A stretch of 64,000 nucleotides of DNA, taken from NCBI GenBank assembly GCA_964276515.1, contig OZ193909.1, positions 14,570,001-14,634,000 of the forward strand, in the 5' to 3' direction. This stretch comes from Gordius albopunctatus. Its lineage: Eukaryota. Shown here in pieces: positions 12,709 through 25,169 of the stretch. Within the stretch, counting starts at the first letter, position 1. The number at the start of each line of letters is the position of its first letter. The translations under genes were made by a program, and so were the position numbers. Below the pieces are notes generated by a model. The model made no database searches. It worked only from the letters and a program-made list of their open reading frames with translations, and was not told where the DNA came from.

Positions 12709-13649
12709 AGTATATACTTTTTTAAACTTTTAATGTGTTTGGAGCAATTTTAATTTGTTGTATGACTTATAAATATGGACGATGAACATTAAAACTTATT
12801 TCAAAGGTGCAATTGTTAAAAAATGCATTAATCATTATAATCAATTTGGGTCGATATAAATTAAATTTCATGCTCGTTGTAATGTAAATTTAAACTTACT
12901 TGATCCACATTGGTGTATATGATTGGTCTGAAGACTAATTGAAACTTGTATAGCCCAAAAATATAGAAATATAGTATTTAATTTAATCGTAAAAAACATA
13001 TTATATAAGCTATACAAATAAGTAACAAATACTCAAATACGCTAAGGGCTACTAACACTATGTCTATTAAGATTATATTACAAATTTGAAATTTGCGCGA
13101 AGCGGATAATTAGGTGCGTAATTAATTACTATAAAAAGTTTCAAAATCATATTAATTTGCATTAAATACCCTAAATTTAAATCTCATAAATCAAAAATTC
13201 TTAATTAGCTAAGATAAAAATTAAAGTCGAGATCTCGCCGATAAAATCTTGTCTCGTCTCGAGATCAAAATTTTCGAAATCTCGTCTCGTCTCGGTTTTT
13301 CGAGACCAGACGAGAAGAGAAGAGACCGAATTTATTCTCGGTTTTTCCGCATCACTAATTACAGCTGACTTGAAAAGATAGATATATTCAAATTAGATGC
13401 TTAATACAAACCTAATATCACCTCATGAATAATAACGAAATATAAATAATACATCGATCGAAACATTACACACGTGTAATCTCAAAGTTATTTAACCCTC
13501 AACACTTAAGTAGTGTAGTATAGTGATCTAAACTAATTATAGTTAAAAACATATAAAAAAATAAAAGAACAAAATTATTATATAGCAATAAAATCTATAA
13601 TAAATTAACTTTCATCCAAAACACATTAACCTACTTAGAGAAATCCCAA

Positions 13650-16600
13650 CCCTGAAGTGACTCATGGGGTTTATAAAACCCCATTCATAAAATGATCCTA
13701 ATTTTTAAACCATTAAAGTAACACTTCTCCAATTTTAAATATAAGTATATTAAAGCCTCTTATAGGTTTGTAAAAAAATAATTTAATTATAAATAGTAAT
13801 TCTAAAATTATATGCAATTTACCAAACACAAAGAAAATGAATAAAAATCAAAATGACATTTTTTATTTTTGTAATGGAGACCAAACAGTTAGTAGAAATA
13901 TAAAGCAAATGTTTTTTTTATTAAAAGAAGGTTTGAATAATATAAAAAACATGTATGGCGCCTTTCAAATTGCCATAATTTGAATACACATAATTTACGT
14001 GAATTATTATTCACCCGCGTAATTACACAATGTAAATACTTTATCTCAATTTGAATATATGGCGCCTCTCAAATCGTTATAATTTGAATACACAAATTTA
14101 CGTAAGTTATTATTCACTCACGTAATTACATAATGTAAATACATTATATCAATTTGAATATATGAAAATATTTATACATTATGCATATTAATCTCACCTT
14201 AAAATTCATATAGAATAATCCTCTTGTAATTTTTTACTTTCAGGATTAATAAATGTGGTTGGCCTTATATTTTACCCTTATTTTTACCCCTATTTAGTAA
14301 TTAGTGTATCAATCTTACACTTGCATAATTTTGTATTTTATTTACAGGGGCTGGTGCCGCTACATTTCTGGTGACCCCACAAACGATAACGCAACCTATA
14401 TGGAACCTAAGATCGAAGAAGATCCGACGGAGAATACCCTTTACTTTAAACTCCCGGTTTTTAACCTTACAAACCCTAGAATTTGGTTCTTGCAAATTGA
14501 ATCACTTTTTAAAACTCTTAAAATCAAAAATGAATTTACGAAACTAGGTTATCTAATCGAAGCACTTCCCTATGAGGTAACTACAGAAATTCAAGATTTA
14601 CTGGAAAATATTCCAACTGACACTCCATTCTTAAAACTCAAAGATGCCATTATAGAGCGAACTTCACAAACGGACTCCCAACGCCTTCATGATTTACTGA
14701 ACAATGTGGAGCTGGGAGATCGCTCTCCATCCCAACTGATGCGCCACATGAGAAATTTGTTAGGGAAACACTCTATGGACGACACCATCCTTAAACAATT
14801 ATGGATGGATAAATTACCATCGTCAATGACTGGAATATTAGCAATATTTGCCTCAGACCAATCATCGACGAAATTAGCTGAAACAGCCGATAAGATTGCT
14901 GCAACTTACCATGTAAGTCCGGTTATCAACTCTGCCAAACAAAATGTAGATTGTGAAATAATTGAATCGAAAGAACTAGTAAGAAAACTGAGTGTCTCAG
15001 TGCATTAACAAAATCCGATCAGCTTCCAGACACCGATCTCAGTCACGATCAACACGCACACCTAGTTCATCAACCGGATCTAATTTTTGCTGGTATCACA
15101 GTAAATATGGCGAAAAAGCAACCAAATGTATTGCACCGTGTGCTTTTATACCCAAAGATCCAAAATAACAGGCCGCCCAGGCCAAGCGACAACTGGCACC
15201 GGCCTTATCAAACCAAGTCGCTTATTTTTTATATACGACAAAACATCATCTCTACACTTTTTGGTCGATACTGGGGCGGAGTTAAGCGTTATACCTGCGC
15301 AAAAGAAAGACCAATTACAACCATCCCACATCCAACTACAGGCAGCTAATTCAAGTACCATAAAAACATTTGGACAAAAGTTGCTAACTTTAGATTTGGG
15401 ACTTAAAAAACGATATCAATGGGCTTTTACAATTGCCGAGGTTAAGTTTCAATATTAGGTGCGGAGTTTTGAAACAATTTTAACTTAATAGTTGATGTCA
15501 AGAGGAAACAATTGATAGATGCACAAAACATATCCGTTCACGAAAAACCGGCATCAGATGCTTTAAATTCACAGCTGGCTATAATACATCCTCCGGAATT
15601 TACCAACCTATTTAAAAAATTTCCGGCCGTTTTCAAACCTACTATCTATAGCCCGGCTATAAAGCACGATCCCCAACACCACATAGAAACCAAAGGTCCT
15701 CCCGTATTTGCGAAACCCAGACGCTTGAATACAGAGAAACTGAAGATTTCCAAGGACGAATTCATGCATATGATGGATTTAGGCATCATCAGAAGGTCAA
15801 AGAGCTGCTGGGCTTCACCTTTACATATGGCCCCAAAGAAATACAAACAAGACTGGAGACCGTGTGGAGATTATCGGGCACTCATTATTAATACAATACC
15901 CGATCGTTATCCTCTACCACATGTACACGACCCCTCTCTGTCTTTAGCGGACAAAAATATATTTACTAAACTGGATTTAGTACGTGCCTATCACCAAATT
16001 CCGATGGCACCGGGAGACATCCCAAAAACGGCAATTACAATACCTTTCGGTCTATGACCAAGTCCTTAAAGGGGTAGACAACAATTTCGTCTATTTAGAT
16101 GATATTCTAATAGCCAGTTCCTATCTTCAAGAACATAAGATACACGTCGAACAAGTTATTGAAAGACTTTTCGAAAATGGTATTAGCGTCAATCTAGGGA
16201 AATGTCAGTGGGTAGTCAAGGAAGTTGATTTTTTAGGGCATACAGTAACGTCCAAAGGTCTTAAACCGATACCTGAAAAAATTGACGCAATTGAAAAATT
16301 CCCAATTCCCACCACAATGACACAACTTAGACGTTTAATAGGAATGATAAATTTCTATCGTCTTTTCATTCCTATGTGCGCAGAAATTCTTAAACCCCTA
16401 ACCGACCTACTAGACGATTCAAAGAGACCTATCATTTTAACCCCTGAAGCCGTAGAATCTTTCAGCCGGTCAAAACTAGCTCTTAAGCAAATAACCAGCC
16501 TTTCTCATTTAGACGAAGGTAGCACGCTGTCCATTACGACTGATGCTTTCAATTATGCGGTCGGAGGAGTGTTACAACAAGAATCAAATGAGGACATCCT

Positions 16601-19148
16601 ACCACTCGCGTTCTTCTCCAAAAAAACTGCCAGATACTCAGACACGTTAAGCACCTTTAGCCGAGAACTTTTGGCCATTTACCTCATTATAAAACAATAT
16701 AGCCACGTCCTCGAAGGACACAACTTCACTGTATACACAGACCACAAGCCTTTGACTTATGCACTGAAGGCAAAGATGGACAAATACTCACCCCGAGAAA
16801 TCCGCCAATTTGACTACATTTCACAGTTCACGTCGGACATTCGATACATCCGGGGTAGTACGAACATCGTGGCTGATACCCTGTCTCGCACAGTCATTGA
16901 AACAGTCCAAGTCCATACCTCAAAATCATTGTTGGAATTTATAGCAACAAGACAGGAGGTTGAACCTTATACAAAGGACGACACTAAATCTTTGAGACAG
17001 GAGCAACTCCCTGTACCAGGTTTAAAACTAAATATAACTTGTGATATTTCCCAAACAAAGCCTCGACCCCTGGTACCTCTTTCCTTACGGCAGACCGCCT
17101 TCAATCAATATCATGGATTATCACATCCTGGTACCCGCTCAACCCTCAGTCTTATCTCCAAAAGCTTTGTTTGGCCGAAAATGAATCAGGACGTCCCATT
17201 ATGGGCACGGCAATGCCATAATTGTCAGGTTAGCAAGGTACATAAACATATTATATCCACACCAGGTACATTCACCAAACCGGATGCCCGATTTACCCAT
17301 GTCCACCTAGACATCGTTGGTCCGCTACCACCAGCCAATGGCTATAATTACATTTTTACCGCAATAGATTTGCGGTTCCCATCAAAGATACAACAGCCTA
17401 GACAGTTGCTAATACCTTCTTGCAAAATTGGATAGCAAACTTTGGTGTACCAACTACCATAACAACTGACCGTGGACCCCAGTTTCAATCCAACCTTTTC
17501 AGAGAATCATCTCAACTAATCGGTTATCACCAGATAACCACAACCGCATACCACCCGCAAACCAATGGGCTGGTAGAGCGTTTTCATCGTCAGTTAAAGA
17601 GTTCTATCATGGCAAAACACAAGGTCAACAAGTGGTCAGAGACGCTTCCGTTGGTACTACTGGGTATTAGAGCCACAGTGAAGGAAGATCTAGCATGTTC
17701 AAGTTCCGAACTCGTATACGGCACACCCGACTGCCCGGCGATTACATATAGCCATCGTCAATCGACACCAATACAACCGATTTCGTTCAACGACTTCATC
17801 GCCACTTCGACAGTGTCCGTTTTGCACCACCGCGTTCAGCAAACATCAAACAACAGATCCCTACCATTTTTTTTCCACCACGTACGTTTTTATAAGGACA
17901 GATAAAGTACGCAAAAGCTTGTCTCCACCTTACGAAGGGCCGTTTAAAGTATTAGAGAGGCATACTAAGTACTTTCTGATAAACAAAAAAGGTAAAAGGG
18001 ATAAAATATCGATCGACCGCCTAAAGCCAGCTTATGTCGAATCTGTGAACTTGGAAAATTCATCAACAAAAGGCCCAAACATAAGACCTCAACCTTCCAC
18101 CTACCCCTCAACTTCTTCCTCAAACAACACTGACTCAAATTAAAAAAACCACCGAATCAGGACGCAGAGTCCACTGGCCAGCTAAATTAACTGAGTACCT
18201 TTTTTATTAGCACTCCATGCAATTAGGGGGGGGGGGGATTTATATGGCGCCTTTCAAATTGCCATAATTTGAATACACATAATTTACGTGAATTATTATT
18301 CACCCGCGTAATTACACAATATAAATACTTTATCTCAATTTGAATATATGGCGCCTCTCAAATCGTTATAATTTGAATACACAAATTTACGTAAGTTATT
18401 ATTCACCCACGTAATTACATAATGAAAATACATTATATCAATTTGAATATATGAAAATATTTATAAATTATGCATATTAATCTCACCTTAAATGGTGTAT
18501 ATATACACGTTAATTCATATAGAATAATTCTCTTGTAATTTTTTACTTTCAGGATTAATAAATGTGGTTGGCCTTATATTTTAGCCTTGTTTTTACCCCT
18601 ATTTAGTAATTAGTGTATCAATTTTACACTTGAAAATCTTGTATTTTATTTACAGGGGCTAGTGGGCTAGTGCCGCTACACATGCATTCATGATAAAATG
18701 ATTATACATTAAAAAAAATAGAAGACTCTAAAAAATGGTCATTTTTTGCCTTTTTCGCTACAATTTTCGCAAAATATTATAGTGTGATCAACACAAACAG
18801 GTTTTGACACCTATTGCACGAAAATCTTGTTTTCTCTAAACAAATATAACTAGCGATATTGATCCAAATGTTATATACACATGCTTAAATTACTATTTTT
18901 AAGTTCAAAAAATTTTTTGATAAAAGATAATAAAAACTTTCTTAATTGACCTTATGGGGTTTATAGGACCCCAAACGCTTATATCTCCAAAAGTATTGAG
19001 GCAAATCCTATGAAATTTTCAGGAAATGTAGCTTTTGCATAATTATGAAAAATCTAAAAAAACCAAATCTCTAAATCTAAAACTCTTTAAGTGGTGTTAA
19101 ATTATAACTTTCGTGGGGTTTCTTAGACCCCATAAGTACATTGGAGGG
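13650..19148. mobile_element. piggyBac-like non-autonomous element (about 770 bp net) interrupted by the Gypsy element
   Basis: Imperfect TIRs CCCTGAAGTGACTCATGGGGTTTATAAAACCCC and GGGGTTTCTTAGACCCCATAAGTACATTGGAGGG; right flank TTAA (19149-19152), left flank CCAA. Confidence 0.6.
13952..18680 (+). mobile_element. Full-length but decayed Gypsy LTR retrotransposon, CsRn1-like clade
   Basis: LTRs about 13952-14364 and 18241-18680; PBS TGGTGACCCC (tRNA-Trp type); G-run PPT; CATG on both flanks. Gag from ATG 14400 with CHCC knuckle CWYHSKYGEKATKCIAPC; protease LVDTGA; RT YLDD; RNase H; integrase HHCC and GPF. Several frameshifts/stops and a deletion within RT. Confidence 0.95.
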
Positions 19149-19237
19149 TTAAAGAAATTGTAGGATATTTTTGTTTATGCTACCAATCGATGGTCGACGC
19201 CATAGTAAAGCATCTGTTTTTAACCGCTTGTTCAAAA

Positions 19238-20181
19238 ATGGATTTGAAAAATCTAGGAGAAAGAATATATGCTGCAGAGTTAATTTTAAAATCACGTAGG
19301 AGAAAAGTAAATATATTAAATACTTAAAAATTAAACCCACATAGGGAAAATTAGAGTATTATGTAAAATGGAAGGGCTGGAATGAAAAGTATTTAGTGAA
19401 GTTTTAAATAGCATATTTAATAGGCATAATACATGGGAACCGGAGGAAAATATATTAGACTTGAGGCTGCTTGAAACGTTTAAGAAAAAGTAATTACAAT
19501 ATAATTTAAACCTATTGTTTAGACAAAAACGATTAAACATGCGAAATAATTTTCACCTAAATCGAGACGTATTATATATTAATCTTTGTTTATATAAAAA
19601 TAATTATTTAGGATTCAGCAGAAATAGCAGAATTTACAATGAAAACTAGATCAGGTACACTTTAAAATTAAGCCTTATAAAATATATTAGCAAGATATAA
19701 AAATATTAATGATTTATCAATTGAAAAAATAAAGCAAGAAGACATAGTGTGCCCTAGAAAACTACTCAGCAAAGATGATAACATAAGTGCAGCAATTAAT
19801 GAAATAACTGAGATGCAGAATACATACAATATAGAAAAAACCAAGTCCCATCACATAGATGAGATATTAAATATTGTTAATAATAAAGAATCCTCATATC
19901 TATCTGATATACAAAATCTGTCATTAGAAGCTCAACATAATCCTGACCAATGCAAATTTGACATTAAAAAATCTGAAACATTAAAGAGTAAGCCTAAAAA
20001 TAAGAGTAGTTTGGCTTCAAATTCTACCAATGGAACAACCAAACTAATTATCAACAAAGATTTTTATAAATGTTTGCATTCTTGTATAGATAAAATAACA
20101 TTTACTGATGTCACAGCCAAAGAAATGACTGTTACAATAATGGAATGTGATACAGATAAAGGATTTTTTAAATGGTTATGA
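19238..20181 (+). CDS. Pc: Polycomb (Pc/CBX) chromodomain protein, 6 exons, about 252 aa
   Basis: Exons 19238-19306, 19345-19388, 19424-19489, 19523-19568, 19612-19654, 19691-20181, all GT-AG and in frame (759 nt). N-terminus [54 protein letters not shown] is a Pc-type chromodomain; C-terminus ITFTDVTAKEMTVTIMECDTDKGFF is a Pc box. Confidence 0.92.
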
Positions 20182-21018
20182 CTGTTTATCAAATTTAATT
20201 TTTATTTTTACTATTTATTACATTAATAATTTATATGTTAGTTGTTTTTTGAATAAATATTTAATATTTGGAAAGTAGTGTTGATGAATAAAACCTTTAT
20301 TTTGTGTAAACCTTTGTGATATTATGCATCATGAGCTCAACACCAATGATTATATAAGACTATATTGAAAGTGTTTTTTCTACGATTGGTGTATAGCCCT
20401 TCCTCTTTGTTGAAATTTAAGGCTTAATTATTTAAAGACCATTTTTTAGCTTACCATTTAAAAATAAGAAATTTTTTGTCAATTTTATTATTGGCACATG
20501 CCTTTTTTAATGTTTTTTTTGTATATAGTAATAAGAAACAATTTTCGTTTTTAACATTAAAGTGGAATTGCATCCCAAACCTTAGTAACACAATAAATTA
20601 GTTGCAAATTCCTTGAATTCAATATTTTTAAAAACAATTTTACCAAAGTTATTAAATTTGAGGTTAATCATAAAAGTTCAAATAAAATACTTTATTTTAA
20701 ATCTGCAAAAAAATAAGTGCAAAATTTTTTGATGGTTTTATGTAAATTATTCTCTACTTACAATATACTTTTAATCCATGACTAAAGATCAATTATTTTT
20801 TGTTCTTTCATTATAACTCATATATTTAGTGTTGTCTATTACTTCATGTTGATTATCAGTTTTTCCACAAATTGGTATAATATAATTTTTTTACCGTTTT
20901 CTATTAACGAGTTATATTTTTTTTATCCTTTAATTACGCTTATTAATGCATATTCATATATTAAACAAATTATTTATATATGTAATTTTTCTGCTACAAA
21001 AACATTCTGTGTATAGTT

Positions 21019-21915
21019 TAGAGGTGTGCACGGATCAAATTTTTTTGATCCGATCCGATCCGAGAGGTTTTTAAAAAATTTCGTATCCATCCGATCCGAG
21101 TTTTTTAAAATCTAAATCCGATCCGATCCGAAATTTTTTAATTAAAATTTTACGAACAGAACTTTTTATTGATGATTAAATTCAAAATACATAAAAATCA
21201 GGTATAGCAATTTTAATATACTTGAAATATAAAATTTTATTTCACTAATTACATGTTATCATATAAAAATAATAAAGAATCTAAATTTTCTGGTTTAATT
21301 CGCGTTCTTCTTCTAATGTTCTTCAAGCCACCGAGAAATTTCTTTCCGAAGTGGTAGAGGTAGCAGGTATAGCTAAAAATTTATTTGCCAGCTTATAAAG
21401 CCTTGGCAGGACTGTTTGATATGAAACCCACCATTTCAGCAAATCTTTTTTTGAATCATATTTGCAATCGCACCATGGAGATTGCTTCTAAGAAGGCAAG
21501 CTACATCATTCATGATTACCCGGATAGGAATCAAGAGGGAAAGGAGCTACGCGTGTGCTTTAAGGAAAGGGGAGAGTGATTGATGATTTTCGGAGTTGAG
21601 TTGAAATGAAATAGAAAGAGATGCGTGTCTACGTCTAGCTAGGGAAAAACGCTAGGGAAATTCTGATAAATATATTAGGGTAAGTAAGGGGTAATGAGGT
21701 GGTATTTGGCATCAAAAATGGTAAAGTAAAAAAAGAATGCAAAGATAATTACGAAAAGGTATACTAAAAATTATTAATTTAATTATTATTGTATCCGATC
21801 CGATCCGACTAAAATAAAATGTTGATCCGATCCGATCCGACTTCCAAAATTAAAATGTTAATCCGATCCGATCCGAGTTCGGATGTCGGATCGGATTGAT
21901 CCGTGCACACCTCTA
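21019..21915 (-). mobile_element. hAT non-autonomous element
   Basis: TIR TAGAGGTGTGCACGGATCAA; perfect 8-bp TSD GTATAGTT (21011-21018, 21916-21923); (GATCC)n subterminal repeats; minus-strand remnant LYKLANKFLAIPATSTTSERNFS. Confidence 0.92.
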
Positions 21916-22013
21916 GTATAGTTACATTTCGCGCTCCACGTACCTTTCACGCACCTCCATTTCATTATCTATATAATATATTATCCCAAAATTTTATATT
22001 ATTATTCTCGGAA

Positions 22014-22694
22014 ATGGTAAGACCCCATAGAAATATACCGGTAACTACATTTAGGAACACGGACACTGCACCACCGGAAGATGCAGGCAGCGAATCAAGC
22101 AACGACTCGCCGACCCCGTCGGGACACGACGAACCGGTCGACACGGCCGAAGTCTTAAGGGTCATTACAAGCCAAAACAGGAGGGCTCAAGCCCAATTTG
22201 CGCAATCTCAACAAACGATCTCGCAGCTGATACAACAATTAAACGTCCAAAGAGCCGCCCCGCAGCCAGCAATCAACATAGTGCAATCAGAGGTAGCACC
22301 TAAAACAGCGGGGGAAAAGCTGGCTGAGATCGAAGACAAGGTTAACAAGCTTAAGGAGCTTATGGCAAATTTCCCAACCAAGGTGTCGCAAAGAGACCGC
22401 AAGGAAGCTCAATATATATTCCTGATGTCCGATACATTATCGGAAGAGTCTCCCGATACATTGCTTAAGGAAACTGCAGCACGCCTCACCACCCTCGCAA
22501 CAGCAATCAACTTCAACTGGGCTACGGCTGTGCGGAATGATAAATCATTCGCAGAGGATTGGAATATTCCGAACCTAGAGGTCGTACAACCCAGGAAACA
22601 CTTATTTCCTGGCGCTGGCAGAGGCAGAAGCTTCACAAAGAGTCGCAACGTCAAAAAGGCGCCGGCCTCTGCCAGGGGTAAGGCGCAGGCTTAA
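22014..22694 (+). CDS. Gag-like ORF1 of the DIRS-like element
   Basis: Open 226-aa frame with coiled-coil-like segments, an ARLTTLATAINFNWATA segment resembling DIRS/PAT gag cores, and a basic tail; overlaps the next frame (open from 22579). Confidence 0.6.
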   Translation: MVRPHRNIPVTTFRNTDTAPPEDAGSESSNDSPTPSGHDEPVDTAEVLRVITSQNRRAQAQFAQSQQTISQLIQQLNVQRAAPQPAINIVQSEVAPKTAGEKLAEIEDKVNKLKELMANFPTKVSQRDRKEAQYIFLMSDTLSEESPDTLLKETAARLTTLATAINFNWATAVRNDKSFAEDWNIPNLEVVQPRKHLFPGAGRGRSFTKSRNVKKAPASARGKAQA

Positions 22695-24467
22695 GACCTT
22701 GGCTGGATCATGGGAAGTCGGGCCTTTGGGCGTACCGCTTCCCGATGGGGGAAACAATTCCAAGTCTCCCAGATGGCTCGCACAAATTATTTTTCAAATA
22801 AGGGAGACGCGCCGTTGGATATTCTCTCCATCCGAACTCCCGTCGGGGGCGACGGGAGCGATCCAGTTGCCCAACCCATCTTATTCCGATATATTTATCC
22901 CCGCCCCCAACTTCGAGCATCGCATCGCGCAAGTGAAGGCCGCCTTCGGCCGGGACCTGGGATCGGATACGCTCCCTGTGTTTGGCCTCCACAAATCTTT
23001 ATTCCAATGGAACAAAGAACCGACTCGGAACCCCCCCCCCCCCACGGGCCCGCTAGACATAACCACCTTCAAACTCATTCCACACCACCTACAATCCCCC
23101 TTGCGAGGAAGGGTTTCATGCCCAAATTGGACATGGCCAAAATTCGAGCCCATGGGGGTATATTGCTAACGTCTAGACGCAAGGCTATCTCCCGGAGAAA
23201 AGCCGAACACTTCCAAACAATGGTCGACACGCAAACAGTGGAAGTAACACATAGCAATATCATAAAATCGGCGACTTTCTTTATCCCCAAATCAAATGGT
23301 GACGCAAGGGTCATCACAGACCTATCAGAAGTTTCCAAAAACTTCATTCACTATCCAGTAAAATTAGCATCCATCCCGTTAACCTCTCGACAGTTGAGCA
23401 AAGCCTCATACGCAGCCAAGGTAGACCTCAAAGCAGCTTTTTTCAGCATCCCGCTGAACGTGTCCGCACGTAAATACGCAGCATATACCTTCAACACCCA
23501 AAAATACCGTTATCTGGAATCCCTATTCACGCTGGCGGCAGAGTGGGGGCTCACCATAAACGCACGGAAATCCTCGCTACTACCAGAAAGGGACATTGAA
23601 TACCTAGGGTTAAGGATATCGTTCGAGGACCACTCTATCCGGTGCACGGAGAAGACAGTGACCAGGCTCGAGTATGCATCTGATATACTTTTCTTTGTTT
23701 ATACTTCGAACACCCCTCCCCCGACAAAAATTCTATTAGAGGCGCTGGGAGTTCTGAATTATTTCTTATATAACTTGACGGGAATGTCCAAACTTCTCGC
23801 CCCCTTCTACGCACAGCTGACGGGACGGTCGGACTTATTTAACATGAATGCAGCGTGTTTCAAGTCATTCGCAGTGATCGACTCCCTCAAGTAACGAATA
23901 CCGCTTTACGTACCCGCAGACGTCACGGTTTACACAGATGCGTCGAGCAAACACATCGGAATATCCATTCAGGGCAACGACATTTCCATAACCTTCCAAG
24001 ACGCAGCAGCGGCCTTTAATTTTACGTTGCCCCCCCCCGATCCTCACATCACGTTGTGCGAGACCCTCGGGGCACTCTACGGTTATCTGGTAGCCAAATA
24101 CGAAGGAAACCCGTTTCCCCGTATTAGAACGGACTCCACGACAGCCTATTACGTACTGCAAAAAGGGGGATCAAACTCCCCAATCGAGGAAGAGCTGATC
24201 TCTAGGTTTGTTAAAGAATACGGCCTCAACGCACTGCTGGCGATCCGGTACAACATACAATGGATCCCGACAAGCGAGAATCCGGCTGACTACCCATCCA
24301 GGACTTGGCTTCCCCCTGAACGATACACTGTACCCTCAATCATATCGGGACAGCTACCAGACAGCAACACGATACCAGACATATTCGATGAATAAGAAGA
24401 CCTATACGATTGGACCGAATGGGCAGGCGACGAAATCTCGGTAAATGAAGGAGCAAAAAGGAGCTAA
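22579..24467 (+). pseudogene. Disrupted pol (DIRS-type RT plus RNase H)
   Basis: Probable frameshift in the C13 run 23031-23043; RT motifs 4-5 (LPFG..YxDD) missing at about 23513; in-frame stops at 23892 and 24393; likely true stop at 24465-24467. Confidence 0.75.
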
Positions 24468-25169
24468 CCCCGTACGCTCACTCCGTAAGCGACTATAAAA
24501 GGAAAACCCCAGGTTTTGGGAGCGCTCTTTGGCATTTCGCGCTCCACGTACCTTTCACGCACCTCCATTTCATCATCTATATAATATATTATCCCAAAAT
24601 TTCGTCGCTGCTACACACGCTTATGAATTTACACTTACGCTTTTTACTCACCTGTTTGAAATATCGCTCGCACCTCATTCATACTTACCTATATATATTT
24701 TTCTTTTACGCACGCTCGCGATTATACTTGTTTATTGATCATACACATGTTTTTATCTGTCTTAAAATTGGATAAACATCAATAAACCCTATGGGGATAC
24801 TAGGGTTTACCCTCTCGGAACCCACAGGTCCAATCATGGACGCCTAACGGCCATGAGTAAATGGCAAAACAACGTTTGCCGGGTTCATCTAGTGCTACTA
24901 TAATATTTTGTTCCATTGCGACAACTAACCTAACAACTTTTGGCCCCCGAGCTTACGACTTTAAAAAAAATAGGGAAACAAATCTCATTACTATCCCCAT
25001 GATAATCGCGAATCGTTTTTTATACGACAGAAAATCGGCATAACTATCTGTAAATATAATTGATTAGCCATAACCGAATGTTTTCCCAATATTTACGATT
25101 CTTAATTTTTTAATTTATTTATCTCACCTTCACAAAATATGTAATTCTCTTTATAAAAATAATAAATGA

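Larger units (their letters stand above)
21925..24898 (+). mobile_element. Retroelement with DIRS/PAT-like gag and RT-RNase H, 70-bp direct repeats, no recombinase or integrase ORF
   Basis: Direct repeat 21925-21994 / 24533-24602 with one mismatch. Gag-like ORF 22014-22694. Pol has FFIPKSNGDARVITDL, KVDLKAAFFSIPL, GLTINARKS, IEYLG, then YTDAS...HITLCE...TDS...WIPTSENPADYPSR. The 3' end is approximate. Confidence 0.8.

Noticed and set aside
21903..22013. N-terminal extension of the gag ORF
   Set aside because: Begins inside the hAT TIR and runs through the R repeat; the real start is more likely ATG 22014.
24680..24691. ATACTTACCT, matching the U1 snRNA 5' end
   Set aside because: Only 10 nt with no downstream U1 sequence; equivalent to a minus-strand splice-donor consensus.
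24825..24885. Hammerhead or twister ribozyme call
   Set aside because: Core deviates (CTAACG for CUGAnGA, AAAAC for GAAAC) and stem I does not pair; kept only as an unclassified structure.
21925..24898. Endogenous circular (hepadna/pararetro-like) viral genome interpretation
   Set aside because: Sequence after the 3' repeat does not continue into gag as a linearised circle would, and no terminal-protein or capsid motif is recognisable by eye; not excluded without a phylogeny.
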